Below, one piece after another: positions 1 to 10,796 of a stretch of DNA of 64,000 nucleotides (its first letter is position 1; each line of letters opens with the position of its first letter). Location of the stretch: contig CAYFGT010000003.1 in the NCBI GenBank assembly GCA_964343075.1, positions 25,104 through 89,103 on the forward strand. The letters run 5' to 3'. Source of the stretch: an uncultured Dehalococcoidia bacterium. GTDB taxonomy: Bacteria > Chloroflexota > Dehalococcoidia > Lucifugimonadales > UBA3495. Made by a program: the position numbers and the translations under genes. Below the pieces are notes generated by a model. The model did not search any database, was not told the DNA's origin, and saw nothing but the letters and a program-made list of their open reading frames with translations.

Positions 1-315
1 GAAATAGTTGATGCCATGACTGAAAATGGTGCATGGATAGTAGGCACACCAGATGATTGTATTGAGGGTATAAAACGTTTGGACCAAAGGAGTGGAGGGT
101 TTGGAGGATTGATGGTCCAAACTGTGGACTGGTGTCCAAGACAGAAATTACTCCAGAGCTATGAATTGTTAGCTCGCCATGTTATGCCATACTTTCAAGG
201 AAGTGCTTTGAGTACTACTGGATCCAATCAATGGGCTTTTGAGCGGAGAGAAAAATTAATGAGCACCCGTGTACAGGCCATCGATAAAGCTAAATCAGAT
301 TATGCTAACCGATAA
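1..315 (+). CDS. C-terminal fragment of a luciferase-like (LLM-class) flavin-dependent oxidoreductase; the 5' end lies outside the window
   Basis: The frame is open from nt 1 to TAA at 313-315. The tail GTPDDCIEGIKRL...GGFGGLM...LLARHVMPYF resembles the C-terminal part of LLM monooxygenases (compare the complete paralog at 51378-52547). Confidence 0.6.
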   Translation, partial: EIVDAMTENGAWIVGTPDDCIEGIKRLDQRSGGFGGLMVQTVDWCPRQKLLQSYELLARHVMPYFQGSALSTTGSNQWAFERREKLMSTRVQAIDKAKSDYANR

Positions 316-370
316 CCTGTGAAGGTTGGCCTGTAAGAAAGAAAATCTTTAACCCGAAAAGGAGCATGCT

Positions 371-1906
371 ATGCAATATGATTTTATAATCTTGGGAGCA
401 GGATCTGCAGGGTGCGTCTTAGCCTCGAGGCTATCCGAAGATAAGAGTAAGTCGGTATTATTACTTGAAGCGGGTCCTGATTATCCTGAATTTGAATATT
501 ACCCTGATGATCTAAAATATGGATATGATCAAACGGCATCTGCTGTTGATGCCCCCCATAACTGGTCATTGAAAGGTATTGCTACAAAAGAACAGCTAGA
601 TCCAATTCCGATTCCTAGAGGAAGAGTAGTAGGAGGGTCTAGCGCTATCAATGGGCAGGTATTATTGCGAGGGGTTCCTGAAGATTATGATGCATGGGCT
701 GCTATGGGCAATGATGAATGGGAATTTGTGAAGTTATTGCCGTATTTTAGAAAATTAGAAACAGACACCGATATCAAAGATGATTTTCATGGATTTGATG
801 GTCCGATTCCTGTGAGGCGACATAAACGTGGAGACTGGTTGCCAGCCCAACAAGCCTTTTATGACGCTTGCGTGGAAAGTGGTTACCCAGATGATCCGGA
901 TATGAACCATCCTGACTCGACCGGGGTTGGAGCTATACCAATGAATAATCCAGATGGGGTCAGGATGAGTACATCACTCACTTATTTGAATCCAGTCCGC
1001 CACCGGTTGAACTTGACGGTTAAAGCGAATATACAAATTTGCAGGATTATTGTTGAAGATCAAGTCGCAGTAGGAGTGGAAGTACAAAGTGCTGGTGAAA
1101 CATTTACTATATTCGGACGACAGATAATCTCATCTTGCGGAGCGATTGGTTCACCTCAATTAATGATGCTCTCAGGTATGGGACCAAAAGTTCATTTGGA
1201 AAAAATGGGAATTCGGATGATTAAAGATATTCCAGGCGTTGGAGAAAATCTCAGAGACCATCCGAATGTTAGGATTCCGGTCAAGGTAAAAGACGATTTC
1301 CCATTAGACCCCAAAGCGCCGCGGACTCAAGTGGCACTCCGATATACAGCAACTAATTCGGATTTAAGAAATGACATGCAAATTATACAGTCATCATTTT
1401 CTTCTCCGATGGGCGGAGACCCACTGGAAGGGGAAGGTATCAGGTTCACTTGTATACTTGAATTAGCTGAAGGTAAAGGACAATTGCGACTTCAATCGAC
1501 TGACCCGCAAGTACAACCAATTTTGGATTACAATTATCTAGATAATGAATCTGATTTGAGTCGATTAAGAGAATCTGTGAGAATGTGCTTCGATTTTTTG
1601 GAAACTGGTAAGTATAGTCATATAGTAGAAGAAGTCATTACCCCGTCAGCAAAAGAAATTCTGACAGATGATGCCTTAAATTTATGGCTTAAACAAAATG
1701 TTCAGACTACCCATCACATATCAGGTACTTGTAAAATGGGCCCTAATCATGATGACATGTCTGTAGTAGATCAATATTGCAACGTGTACGGGATTGCTAA
1801 TTTGAAAATTGTCGATGCCTCTGTGATGCCAGACTGTATTAGAGCTAATACTAACTGTACTACTATGATGATTGCGGAAAGAGTTGCCGATTGGCTTAAG
1901 TCGTAA
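371..1906 (+). CDS. GMC-family FAD oxidoreductase (choline/alcohol dehydrogenase-like)
   Basis: N-terminal FAD fold YDFIILGAGSAGCVLASRLSED. The length (511 aa) and the C-terminal HHISGTCKMG...VVD...GIANLKIVDASVMP motif are typical of the GMC family. An AAAAGGAG RBS lies upstream. Confidence 0.85.
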   Translation: MQYDFIILGAGSAGCVLASRLSEDKSKSVLLLEAGPDYPEFEYYPDDLKYGYDQTASAVDAPHNWSLKGIATKEQLDPIPIPRGRVVGGSSAINGQVLLRGVPEDYDAWAAMGNDEWEFVKLLPYFRKLETDTDIKDDFHGFDGPIPVRRHKRGDWLPAQQAFYDACVESGYPDDPDMNHPDSTGVGAIPMNNPDGVRMSTSLTYLNPVRHRLNLTVKANIQICRIIVEDQVAVGVEVQSAGETFTIFGRQIISSCGAIGSPQLMMLSGMGPKVHLEKMGIRMIKDIPGVGENLRDHPNVRIPVKVKDDFPLDPKAPRTQVALRYTATNSDLRNDMQIIQSSFSSPMGGDPLEGEGIRFTCILELAEGKGQLRLQSTDPQVQPILDYNYLDNESDLSRLRESVRMCFDFLETGKYSHIVEEVITPSAKEILTDDALNLWLKQNVQTTHHISGTCKMGPNHDDMSVVDQYCNVYGIANLKIVDASVMPDCIRANTNCTTMMIAERVADWLKS

Positions 1907-3533
1907 GACCGAGCTGTTGGGCAGCTTGTTCACGCAGGACGAACTTCTGGACCTTGCCACTGGAGGTCATTGGGAAGTCCTCCATTATAATTAGATGTCT
2001 GGGGATTTTAAAGCTCGCGAGTTGGCCCCTACAATAAGTTTCAATGTCGCTGATCTTAATAGATGCATTTTTTCTGATGACTACACATGCGCATGGAACT
2101 TCATTAAGACGGGGATCGGGGACTCCTATCACTTGTATTTTCTCAATGTCAGGGTGTGTTTGTAAAAATGCTTCAACTTCGATAGGGTCAACATTTTCTC
2201 CGCCTACTTTTAACTGGTCTTTGTATCTCCCCAGAAACCTAATACTTTGGTTGGCAGAAATTGTCGCGACATCCCCGGAATGGAACCATCCGTCGGAATC
2301 AATTACAAGACTGGTTTCTTCTGGTTTTTTATAGTAACCCTGCATGATCGCATACCCTCTAACACAGAGTTCTCCGGGAACATCTGCAAGGACATTATCG
2401 CCACTTTCGGGATCAATAACCTTGAATTCATATCCAGGTAAAGGGAATCCAGAGCGGGTGCATCGTTCATTGATGGGACTATCAAGAAAGGAACGAGTGG
2501 CCCCAACTCCTACTTCAGTCATACCCCAAGCGGTAACGGTAGGGCATAGTTTTGTTTGTGCTTCAAATGCAATGGGTTCAGAAGCCTCCATTCCTGCAGC
2601 AAACAAGATAGTTCTAAGTGAGGCAAGGTCTGAATTAGATAAATCTGGATGATTCAAAAGGTCAAAAAAGTGAGTATCAAAACCATTCATTACCGATATT
2701 TGGTATTTACCAATATTGGATAGCACAGCACCAGCTTCGAATCGATCCATTAGTACCATAGAACAACCTGAGGTAATGGACATTAAGGGGCCTTCGTAGA
2801 GGCCGAAGCAGTGGAACAAGGGAAGGTACATAAGTATGACGTCTTCGTTGGTAAAGCCCATCCGATTTGAGGCGTCTTCTATAGTTCTAAGTATATTATG
2901 ATTATGCATCACACCCTTGGGAAATCCTGTGGTTCCAGAGGTATACATTATTAGTACGGTGTCATCAGGGGAGGCGGTGCAGCTGTTCAGGTCAGTTGAA
3001 AAATTCTCGACCTCGCTATCATTAAGAATAAATTCTTCCCACGGCATGCTTGAAAGAAGGTGACGTTCGCCTAGGGTAATTATTTGATCTAGTTCTGGGA
3101 AGGTACTGGATCTGATTTTTTTATCTATGTTTAATTTGTTTAAGTCACTGCATGCATCGATCAGTATCTCTAAATAATTAATTGGACCGAAGTGATCTAC
3201 AGTGATCAGGAACCGAGTGTCTGATTGAGACAAAATATATTCTATATCAGCCCTACGAAAGCGGGTATTGACTGGTACTGTGATAGCTCCAATGGTGCTA
3301 AGCGCGAATAGACAGAAAACCCATTCTGCATTGTTAGGCATCCAAATTGCAACTTTGTCACCTTTTCTGACGCCAATTTTAAGAAATGATGCGGCAGTTC
3401 TGTTTACCTCGTTCAAGAGTTGTTTGAAAGACCATTGTTTTGAACCATCTATGAGTGCGGGATGGTTAGGAAATCGCAGGGCGGTCTTTTGGAGAAGTTC
3501 GTGGAATGTTATTTTATTAAACCATTCGCTCAT
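1896..3533 (-). CDS. AMP-dependent acyl-CoA synthetase/ligase
   Basis: AMP-binding motif YTSGTTGFPKGV and C-terminal SSGKVQK. I moved the start to ATG 3533 (MSEWFNK...) because a GAGAGG RBS sits 5 nt upstream. The track start GTG 3563 (GTGA overlap with the upstream stop) remains possible. Confidence 0.85.
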   Translation of the reverse strand: MSEWFNKITFHELLQKTALRFPNHPALIDGSKQWSFKQLLNEVNRTAASFLKIGVRKGDKVAIWMPNNAEWVFCLFALSTIGAITVPVNTRFRRADIEYILSQSDTRFLITVDHFGPINYLEILIDACSDLNKLNIDKKIRSSTFPELDQIITLGERHLLSSMPWEEFILNDSEVENFSTDLNSCTASPDDTVLIMYTSGTTGFPKGVMHNHNILRTIEDASNRMGFTNEDVILMYLPLFHCFGLYEGPLMSITSGCSMVLMDRFEAGAVLSNIGKYQISVMNGFDTHFFDLLNHPDLSNSDLASLRTILFAAGMEASEPIAFEAQTKLCPTVTAWGMTEVGVGATRSFLDSPINERCTRSGFPLPGYEFKVIDPESGDNVLADVPGELCVRGYAIMQGYYKKPEETSLVIDSDGWFHSGDVATISANQSIRFLGRYKDQLKVGGENVDPIEVEAFLQTHPDIEKIQVIGVPDPRLNEVPCACVVIRKNASIKISDIETYCRGQLASFKIPRHLIIMEDFPMTSSGKVQKFVLREQAAQQLGLTT

Positions 3534-3559
3534 TATTACCTCTCTCGGTACGGGTTTGT

Positions 3560-4921
3560 TCACTTTGGAGAATTATAAAAGTCTCTTATTTTCTCTTTAA
3601 AGTCAGAATCGTAACGCTGCATTCTTCCTTGTCGTAGTTGTTCATCGGGGTCGGGGGCTCTAACCGGAGTCCCTTGTGTAGGTTCAAATCCGATTATTTG
3701 AGTGTCCAAAAGTTGCTGGAATTCCTCATCAGTTTTTCCCAGAAGATCTTTAAGAATTAGTTCATTATCTTGTCCCATGATGGGGGCAGCTTTGGGGGAA
3801 ACTGCAGGAGTATCTGAAAACTTCCATGGTCTACTAGCATACGGTAGTGGAGGCATGCCTGTGCTGGGGTGGTGTTCTACTATTTCATAAAATGATCTTT
3901 CCTTCAGGTGTTTGTCGAACAATAAATCAGGGCTCTCCATGACGGATCCCGCGGCTATGCCGTTCTGCTGAAGAATATGGGTGAGCTCGTGATTGTTCCA
4001 AGATTGGGTAATTGCGTTGATAAGTGCATGTAATTCATCTTTGTTAGTTAATCTGTCTAGAACAGTGGAGTATTTGGTTAAATCGTCAACATGATTGCTT
4101 AGGTTCAAGATTTTGCTTAAAGTTATCCATTCCTCATCAGTTTTGACAGCAATAGTGATCCATTTATCTATACCTTCACAACTGAAACAGCCATGAGGTG
4201 CCATTATTGGATCATCATTACCATGACGAGGCTCGATTCGTTTATTTACTATGAAATCTAGTAAAGCTTCTGGTACTGTTGCGGATGCCGTTTCTGTCTG
4301 GGATATATCGATAAATTGGCCTTCTCCAGTTGACATGCGGTGAATCAGGGCAGACATAATTGCAAAGACTGTATGTTCTGCTGCAGTGTAATCAATGTAG
4401 GGAATTTCAGGCATAATTGGCATATCATCTCGGTAGCCTGTCATCAGGGCCATTCCTGATGCGGATTCAGTGGCCGGCCCTGTTGCTCCGAAATTAGCCC
4501 AAGGCCCGTCGAATCCATATCCCGTCGATGAAACCATGATTAGGTCAGGCCTAATTTTTATCAAGTCTTGGTACTCTATACCAAACGATTTCATAACACG
4601 GGGAGTAAAATTTTCTGCAAAAATGTCACTAACTTGTATAAGTTCTTTTAATAACCCTAATCCTTCGGGTCTACTCAGATCCAAAGTGAGCCCTAATTTG
4701 TTACGATTCTGCTCGTAAAAATTCGCTCCTCTATTCCAGAAGGGTCCTTCTGAATTATTTTCGTATAGTGATGCGTTTCTATAACTTTCTAACCGGTGAA
4801 TTGACTCCATTCGAATAACTTGAGCTCCCATATCAGCTAGCATTTTCATAGCGCTAGGGATAGCGATCAACTGACCCATTTCTAAAACTCTTAATCCATG
4901 TAGAGGTCCTAGAGAAGTCAT
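3560..4921 (-). CDS. Family III (CaiB/BaiF/Frc-type) CoA-transferase
   Basis: N-terminus GLRVLEMGQLIAIPSAMKMLADMGAQVIRMES is the signature family-III CoA-transferase start. There is a 4-nt overlap with the upstream paralog. Confidence 0.85.
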   Translation of the reverse strand: MTSLGPLHGLRVLEMGQLIAIPSAMKMLADMGAQVIRMESIHRLESYRNASLYENNSEGPFWNRGANFYEQNRNKLGLTLDLSRPEGLGLLKELIQVSDIFAENFTPRVMKSFGIEYQDLIKIRPDLIMVSSTGYGFDGPWANFGATGPATESASGMALMTGYRDDMPIMPEIPYIDYTAAEHTVFAIMSALIHRMSTGEGQFIDISQTETASATVPEALLDFIVNKRIEPRHGNDDPIMAPHGCFSCEGIDKWITIAVKTDEEWITLSKILNLSNHVDDLTKYSTVLDRLTNKDELHALINAITQSWNNHELTHILQQNGIAAGSVMESPDLLFDKHLKERSFYEIVEHHPSTGMPPLPYASRPWKFSDTPAVSPKAAPIMGQDNELILKDLLGKTDEEFQQLLDTQIIGFEPTQGTPVRAPDPDEQLRQGRMQRYDSDFKEKIRDFYNSPK

Positions 4922-6123
4922 AATATTTGAGCACTCCTCATACTGGTAATCTGCGCGTCTGTTAATTGCAACACGTCTCTGAATATTTCTCGATTGTGTT
5001 GTCCAAGAGTCGGTGCCGTGGAATTGAATTGCGCGGGTGTTTTGGATAATTTAAAAGGGGCACCCGGGAATTTTATAGGCCCAGCTATTGGGTGTTCCAC
5101 ATCTACAAAATATTCTCGATGTAAATATTGAGGGTTTTCCAACACTTCCTCTGCCGACAAAATGATTCCATAAATAAATCTTAATTCGTGAGCTTTATAG
5201 AAAGTTTCAAATTTCTTCTGATGTCCGTACGACCTATCTAAAATTTCTCCAAGTTCTTCAGCATTTTGAAGACGAGCAGTAGGAGTACTGAATCTATCAT
5301 CGATCAATTCGTCGGATCCTATAAATTTAGCAACTGTGTCCCAGTCCAGCCCTCTGCTAGTGTTGACGTTTGGATTTGGTAATATGAATCCGTCGGAAAC
5401 TTGTCTTATGCGCGTGAGGTCGCCGCTGTGGTTTGGTTGTCTTCTGCGGACAGCTCCAGTATACGTGTAATTAGAAGTGGTGTCTCTTAAACCGTATGCT
5501 ATGCACTCTTGAATTGAAACATCTATATGCTGGCCGGTTTCATGCAATATCTTCCAGTAGGTCGCCATCAATGCTGCATTAGCTGCGTTAGTTCCGGCTT
5601 TTATTTGGGCTTGGTTGAGAGCATGTTTGATGGGGGGTTGATCGTATGCTCCAAAAATAGCCATTAATCCACCAAGGGCGTATTCAGTAATTTCTGTGGC
5701 TTGATAATCTCTATAAGGACCTGTTTGTCCGAAATTCGAAATAGATACTAGAATCACCGAAGAATTGATTGTTTTTAGGGTTTCATATCCTAACCCTAGT
5801 TTGTCCATAGTCCCTGGAGAGAAATTTTCTATAATGATGTCTGTGTCTTTCACTAAATCTTTTAGTAACGATACTCCGTTGGGAGTTTTTAAATTAATCG
5901 TAATTCCTTTTTTGTTACTATTAAGATAAAAGAATGGGAGGCTAGATTCCATCGAAGGCTTGTCATGCACAAAGGGAGCTAAGTGGCGACCGGGTTCACC
6001 GTCGGGGGGTTCAACTTTAATCACCGTTGCACCCATATCTGCCATTAATTTACCGCAATAAGGACCTGCAATATAATGCCCAAGATCCAGCACCTTTATC
6101 CCCTGTAATGGTAATTTGCTCAA
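4918..6123 (-). CDS. Family III (CaiB/BaiF/Frc-type) CoA-transferase
   Basis: N-terminus GIKVLDLGHYIAGPYCGKLMADMGATVIKVEPP; 401 aa, typical length. Confidence 0.85.
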   Translation of the reverse strand: MSKLPLQGIKVLDLGHYIAGPYCGKLMADMGATVIKVEPPDGEPGRHLAPFVHDKPSMESSLPFFYLNSNKKGITINLKTPNGVSLLKDLVKDTDIIIENFSPGTMDKLGLGYETLKTINSSVILVSISNFGQTGPYRDYQATEITEYALGGLMAIFGAYDQPPIKHALNQAQIKAGTNAANAALMATYWKILHETGQHIDVSIQECIAYGLRDTTSNYTYTGAVRRRQPNHSGDLTRIRQVSDGFILPNPNVNTSRGLDWDTVAKFIGSDELIDDRFSTPTARLQNAEELGEILDRSYGHQKKFETFYKAHELRFIYGIILSAEEVLENPQYLHREYFVDVEHPIAGPIKFPGAPFKLSKTPAQFNSTAPTLGQHNREIFRDVLQLTDAQITSMRSAQIL

Positions 6124-6302
6124 CTTCCGTCTCTGTTTGCTATGCTAGCAGAATGTTCGCGTGTTTTTGCGACTCAAGGATTGTACCGGTAATTTAATGC
6201 TTAATCAAACGGGAAGAACACTTTAATATCAAGGCTGAATAAATGTTTTTGTGATGGTATACTCAGGGCTCAACTAACAAAATGGTAGAGTAGGAGTCAT
6301 GT

Positions 6303-7967
6303 ATGAACACTGTAGATATTGTCGCTGAAATTTTGAAACGGGAAGGGATTGAAGTACTCAGTTGTTTCCCGACAACTCCAATCATAGAATCAGCTGCTAA
6401 GGCTGGCATCAAACCAATCATTTGTCGGCAAGAGCGAGTCGGTGTTGGTATTGCTGATGGATATAGCAGGATCACAAATGGAAATCCCCTGGGTGTGTTT
6501 GCTATGCAATATGGGCCAGGAGCAGAAAATGCTTACTCCGGTATAGCCACGGCATACTCAGATTCAACCCCGTTATTGCTGCTGCCTATGGGGCATCCGA
6601 CCGATCGGCAGCGCGTTTTCCCTCTTTACAATGCTATTGATAGTTTCAACACCGTTAATAAGCAAATTGAACAGATTACGAGCTCCGACTCTACAGATGA
6701 CGTGTTCAGAAGAGCCTTTTCAGCGTTACGAACTGGTAGAGGAGGGCCGGTAACTGTAGAATTGCCTATCAATATAGCGTCCCAAGAGGTGTCTGAAGAG
6801 TCATTCCACTGGCCCTCTAATTTGAGCCCTACTCTTTCTCAGGGGAATCCTGCCGATATTCAAGCGGCTGCTAGGGCCTTATGTTCAGCTAAATATCCGG
6901 TGATCCATGCTGGTCAAGGTGTGCTATATGCAGAAGCTACTAATGAGCTCGTGGAACTGGCTGAATTGTTAGGGGTACCAGTTATGACCACACTCTTAGG
7001 CAAAAGTGCTTTCCCTGAAGTACATCCGTTATCACTAGGAACCGGTTCTGGGGTCATGCCTGGACCTGTTTATCATTTTGTTCGTCGATCAGATGTAATG
7101 TTTGGTATTGGATGTAGCTTCACAAAGCATGGTATGTCAATGAATATACCAGATGGAAAGACTATAATTCACGCCTCCAACGATCCTCGAGACATCAATA
7201 AGGATTATGAGATTGAGTATCCCATTGTAGGGGATGCTAAATTGGTATTACGGCAAATGATTGATGCATGCATTGATCTGGTTGGCGCTAAAGGAACTAA
7301 CTCTGCCAGAGAGGAATTCGGTAGTCAGAATGCTAGAGAAATTAAAAGTGAATATGATGGATGGGTTAGCCAATGGCAGGGCAAATTAAACGACCGCATG
7401 CGCCCTATAAATCCTTACGCAGTGGTTTCGGGGTTTATGCAGGCTGTTCCACCAGCCGAAGCGATTGTTACCCATGATTCTGGTAGCCCTAGAGATCAAA
7501 TAACACCGTTTTATAAATCGAATGGTCCAAGAACCTATATTGGATGGGGTAAATCCCACGGGTTAGGCACCGGCCTGGGATTGATTATTGGTGCTAAAAT
7601 AGCTGCTCCCGAAAAAGTATGCGTGAATTTTATGGGTGATGCGGCTTTCGGCATGGTTGGCTTGGATTTTGAAACGGCTGTACGTAGCTCCGTCCCTATT
7701 ATCACGGTGGTTCTTAATAATTCCACAATGGCTGTAGAGACTACGCAAATGGCCGATTCTCACCAGTTATACAGAACCCGGGATCTTGGTGGGAATTATG
7801 CTGATATGGCTATAGCAATGGGGGGATACGGAGAAAGAATAGAAGATCCTAATGATATTGTTGCAGCTTTTCAGAGAGCAAGGCGAAAAACCGAAGAAGG
7901 CACAGCAGTCCTGTTGGAATTTATTACGTCAGCTGAAACCGATTATTCTATAAAACGACCGTTTTAA
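6303..7967 (+). CDS. Thiamine-diphosphate-dependent enzyme (acetolactate synthase / oxalyl-CoA decarboxylase / 2-hydroxyacyl-CoA lyase superfamily); subfamily not resolved
   Basis: 554 aa. There is an N-terminal Pyr domain with a conserved Glu (CRQERVGVGIADGY) and a C-terminal ThDP motif GDAAFGM...NN. A TAGGAG RBS lies 6 nt upstream. Confidence 0.85.
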   Translation: MNTVDIVAEILKREGIEVLSCFPTTPIIESAAKAGIKPIICRQERVGVGIADGYSRITNGNPLGVFAMQYGPGAENAYSGIATAYSDSTPLLLLPMGHPTDRQRVFPLYNAIDSFNTVNKQIEQITSSDSTDDVFRRAFSALRTGRGGPVTVELPINIASQEVSEESFHWPSNLSPTLSQGNPADIQAAARALCSAKYPVIHAGQGVLYAEATNELVELAELLGVPVMTTLLGKSAFPEVHPLSLGTGSGVMPGPVYHFVRRSDVMFGIGCSFTKHGMSMNIPDGKTIIHASNDPRDINKDYEIEYPIVGDAKLVLRQMIDACIDLVGAKGTNSAREEFGSQNAREIKSEYDGWVSQWQGKLNDRMRPINPYAVVSGFMQAVPPAEAIVTHDSGSPRDQITPFYKSNGPRTYIGWGKSHGLGTGLGLIIGAKIAAPEKVCVNFMGDAAFGMVGLDFETAVRSSVPIITVVLNNSTMAVETTQMADSHQLYRTRDLGGNYADMAIAMGGYGERIEDPNDIVAAFQRARRKTEEGTAVLLEFITSAETDYSIKRPF

Positions 7968-8020
7968 TTGGGAACAACCAAAGTGATGCTAATGCGGCCT
8001 GGGATAGCGACTGTCGGTGG

Positions 8021-9547
8021 CTAACTGAATAACTGACGTAGTTCAGTTTTAAGTACTTTCCCTAGGGAATTTCTGGGTAATTCAGCGGTGAAAGTTACTA
8101 ATTCTGGTCGTTTAAAGCTTGCTAAAGTATTGCTGCAGAACTCGACCACTTCTTCCTGTTGAAGATCGGAATGTGGAGTTACTACTACGATGGCATGTAC
8201 TATTTCTCCCCATTCTTCATCGATCTTACCTATAACCGCAGCTTCTTCAATGTCAGGATGGGTTACTAGTAGTTGTTCAATCTCTTCAGGGGAGATCATT
8301 TCTCCTCCCCGTTTTATGAAATCTTTGGATCTGCCAGCTAAAAATATGTACCCATCTTCGTCTTTATAAGCTAAGTCTCCTGTATAAATCCAACCATCTA
8401 CTATAGCTGCGGCAGTTGCCGCTTCTTGTTGCCAGTATCCTTTCATCATTCGCTCCCCTCTGGCTACGATTTCTCCGGTAGTTCCTAAATCTACTTCTCT
8501 CCCGAATTCGTCAACAATCATGACTTCGACATCTTCTAAAGGTTTCCCGATACTGGTCAATCTTTTTAATTTGATTGATCTTTGTTCAGGAGTCCCTTCA
8601 ATTATGTGATCATCTGGACTTAACATAGTGATTGTAGATGCAGTCTCTGTTTGGCCAAATGCATTGATGAACTGGACGTTTGGAAATTGCTCTAAGGCCT
8701 TGCTTATTACGTTAATTGGCATAGGTGCAGCTCCATAAGTGACCACTTTCAATGAAGCGAGATTAAACTCCGAGAATGATGGTAATTCCATTAATTGCTT
8801 GATCATGGTTGGTACGAGCATTGCGCGATCTACGGAATGATTTTCTACTAATTTCAACCACTCTGAGGGTTCAAATTGGCGCATTAAAACTATGGTCCGG
8901 CCGCCATAAATCCCTGCTACTAATGCTTGTAATCCCGCGATATGGTACAAAGGAACAGTAAGTATGTTTTTCTCGGGCTCTTCGGGGTCTGCCGGCGTAA
9001 CATTAGATAACATGTACGATGAAAAACTATCGTGGCTCAGCAACACTCCTTTAGGGTTACCAGTGGTGCCTGCAGTAAACATTATTACAGACGTGTCTTC
9101 GGTGTCATGCTCGGGGAATAAGGACTGATCCCCGTCCCCTTTGAGCAGGCTGGAAAAGTAAGTAGAATCTGTAACTATCACCGTTAAGTTATGGGGTTTT
9201 TCTATGCTGTCTAGTAGTGGTAGGTATCTGGTGCCAATAAACAGTATGCAAGGTTCACATGCTTCTAGCATTTGATGCAATTCTTCTGATCTAGCCCTAA
9301 AATTGATTGGCACATACACAGCGTCTAATTGACTGACTGCGAAGAATATTTGAGCTATTTGAGGACAATTGACATCCATGACGGCGATTCGGTCGTTAGG
9401 AGATATCCCAAGTGACGATAAATTAGAAGCTAAGTTATTCACCGTCCTTTGTAAGGTATCGAAAGAGATCTCTTCATGTTCGAAAATAATTGCAGGACGA
9501 TCGGGTACAATCGCACTTGAAATCAACAAAAATTCTGATAAGTTCAT
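8021..9547 (-). CDS. AMP-dependent acyl-CoA synthetase/ligase
   Basis: Motifs FTAGTTGNPKGV, YGAAP and GEIVARG...GDLAYKDEDGYIFLAGRSKD; 508 aa. Confidence 0.85.
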   Translation of the reverse strand: MNLSEFLLISSAIVPDRPAIIFEHEEISFDTLQRTVNNLASNLSSLGISPNDRIAVMDVNCPQIAQIFFAVSQLDAVYVPINFRARSEELHQMLEACEPCILFIGTRYLPLLDSIEKPHNLTVIVTDSTYFSSLLKGDGDQSLFPEHDTEDTSVIMFTAGTTGNPKGVLLSHDSFSSYMLSNVTPADPEEPEKNILTVPLYHIAGLQALVAGIYGGRTIVLMRQFEPSEWLKLVENHSVDRAMLVPTMIKQLMELPSFSEFNLASLKVVTYGAAPMPINVISKALEQFPNVQFINAFGQTETASTITMLSPDDHIIEGTPEQRSIKLKRLTSIGKPLEDVEVMIVDEFGREVDLGTTGEIVARGERMMKGYWQQEAATAAAIVDGWIYTGDLAYKDEDGYIFLAGRSKDFIKRGGEMISPEEIEQLLVTHPDIEEAAVIGKIDEEWGEIVHAIVVVTPHSDLQQEEVVEFCSNTLASFKRPELVTFTAELPRNSLGKVLKTELRQLFS

Positions 9548-9552
9548 AGGTT

Positions 9553-10263
9553 TTAATCTCTCCCGGTTCCTGAAGAAAGTGTATCAGAACTGTCTATAAT
9601 ATGATTATGCAGGTAGGCTGAACTTATCGATTTAATGAGATTCATGTATTCTGGAGGCTTTGAGTTAATATCTTTGGCTATACTTTCCCCTTCCATTTGT
9701 ATTTGGTTAGTTTGGACTACTCTGCTAACAAGTCCAAAATTCAATGCATCTTCACTTGTTATTGGTGATCCTGTCAAAAGAACATTTTTGGCGAATCCAA
9801 GTTTCATGGTGCGAGTCAAAGTCTGAGTGCCTCCAGCTGCCGGAATTAACCCCAGTTTGGGTTCAGGCATCTGAAAGATAGAATCTATAGAACAGATTCT
9901 GATGTCTCCTAATAAAGCAAGTTCAAGGCCAGACCCAATACAATACCCTTGAATGGCGGTAATGATTGGGATTTGGGAATTAAGAATTAACGCCCATAAA
10001 TCTCGTTCTTGGCGGATCTCTCTGGCTTTAACTAATGAAGGGGCTGTCCCGAATTCAGTCAGATCTGCACCTGTGCAAAAATTATCACCCTCAGCTGTAA
10101 TTAATACGCTTCGAATTTCTTTATCCCATTGGAGATATTTAAATACAGTGAATAATTCATCTCTCATGACGGTGTTGAAAGAGTTGCCAATCGTGGGTCT
10201 ATTTAGCTGGATGTTCAACGTCAATCCGATCTTGCTGACGTTAATGGTTGTGTAATCGATCAT
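9553..10263 (-). CDS. Enoyl-CoA hydratase/isomerase (crotonase) family protein
   Basis: Crotonase pattern LNRP...NSFN...FCTGADL...GYCIGSGLELALLGDIRI. Confidence 0.8.
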   Translation of the reverse strand: MIDYTTINVSKIGLTLNIQLNRPTIGNSFNTVMRDELFTVFKYLQWDKEIRSVLITAEGDNFCTGADLTEFGTAPSLVKAREIRQERDLWALILNSQIPIITAIQGYCIGSGLELALLGDIRICSIDSIFQMPEPKLGLIPAAGGTQTLTRTMKLGFAKNVLLTGSPITSEDALNFGLVSRVVQTNQIQMEGESIAKDINSKPPEYMNLIKSISSAYLHNHIIDSSDTLSSGTGRD

Positions 10264-10793
10264 GTTTTCGCCCGGGTATACAGATCTTGTAAATCTATTT
10301 CTGTGTATCGTAGGCCAATATTTTCTAAATTGTGGGCGTCACTAACTGATACTGTCAAAAGAGAATGTTCTTCTGCGATGCGCTCGACCTGTGGCTTGCG
10401 GATATGCCAATTGTGAATGTAATTGTCTATTTCTATGGCATGTATATTATCTTCGATGAGTATATTAGGCGTATAGTACCCTGGGTGGCAGTATATTCTA
10501 AAAATTGTATCGTCCGACAGAAATAATTCCGTAACTTGATATTCATCAAAAGGACTGGAAACAGGCCTGACTTCGATTTCCCATCCTGGTATTATGATAA
10601 TCTCTCCAGGATATAACTCTTCGACCAGTTCCCTAAATTGGAATGCCCATTCGTAATTGTGATGATCAGTAATCGCGATACCATCGATCCCTTTCTTTTT
10701 GATCTCGTGGACAACTTTTTCTGCTATGGAAACGGAAGGTTCTTGAAAATTGAATGCTTCCCAAATATGAGTATGTAAGTCTAGTTTAAGCAA
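10260..10793 (-). CDS. Small PHP-domain-like metal-dependent phosphoesterase
   Basis: N-terminal DLHTHIWEAF and GIAITDHHN histidine motifs are typical of PHP/histidinol-phosphatase-like folds. There is a 4-nt overlap with the downstream crotonase. At 177 aa it is short for the family. Confidence 0.55.
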   Translation of the reverse strand: MLKLDLHTHIWEAFNFQEPSVSIAEKVVHEIKKKGIDGIAITDHHNYEWAFQFRELVEELYPGEIIIIPGWEIEVRPVSSPFDEYQVTELFLSDDTIFRIYCHPGYYTPNILIEDNIHAIEIDNYIHNWHIRKPQVERIAEEHSLLTVSVSDAHNLENIGLRYTEIDLQDLYTRAKT

Positions 10794-10796
10794 TTG

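Noticed and set aside
6263-6475. A 70-aa minus-strand ORF spanning the CaiB/ThDP-enzyme divergent promoter
   Set aside because: It overlaps the well-supported start of the ThDP enzyme gene and the promoter region. It has no RBS and no recognisable motif.
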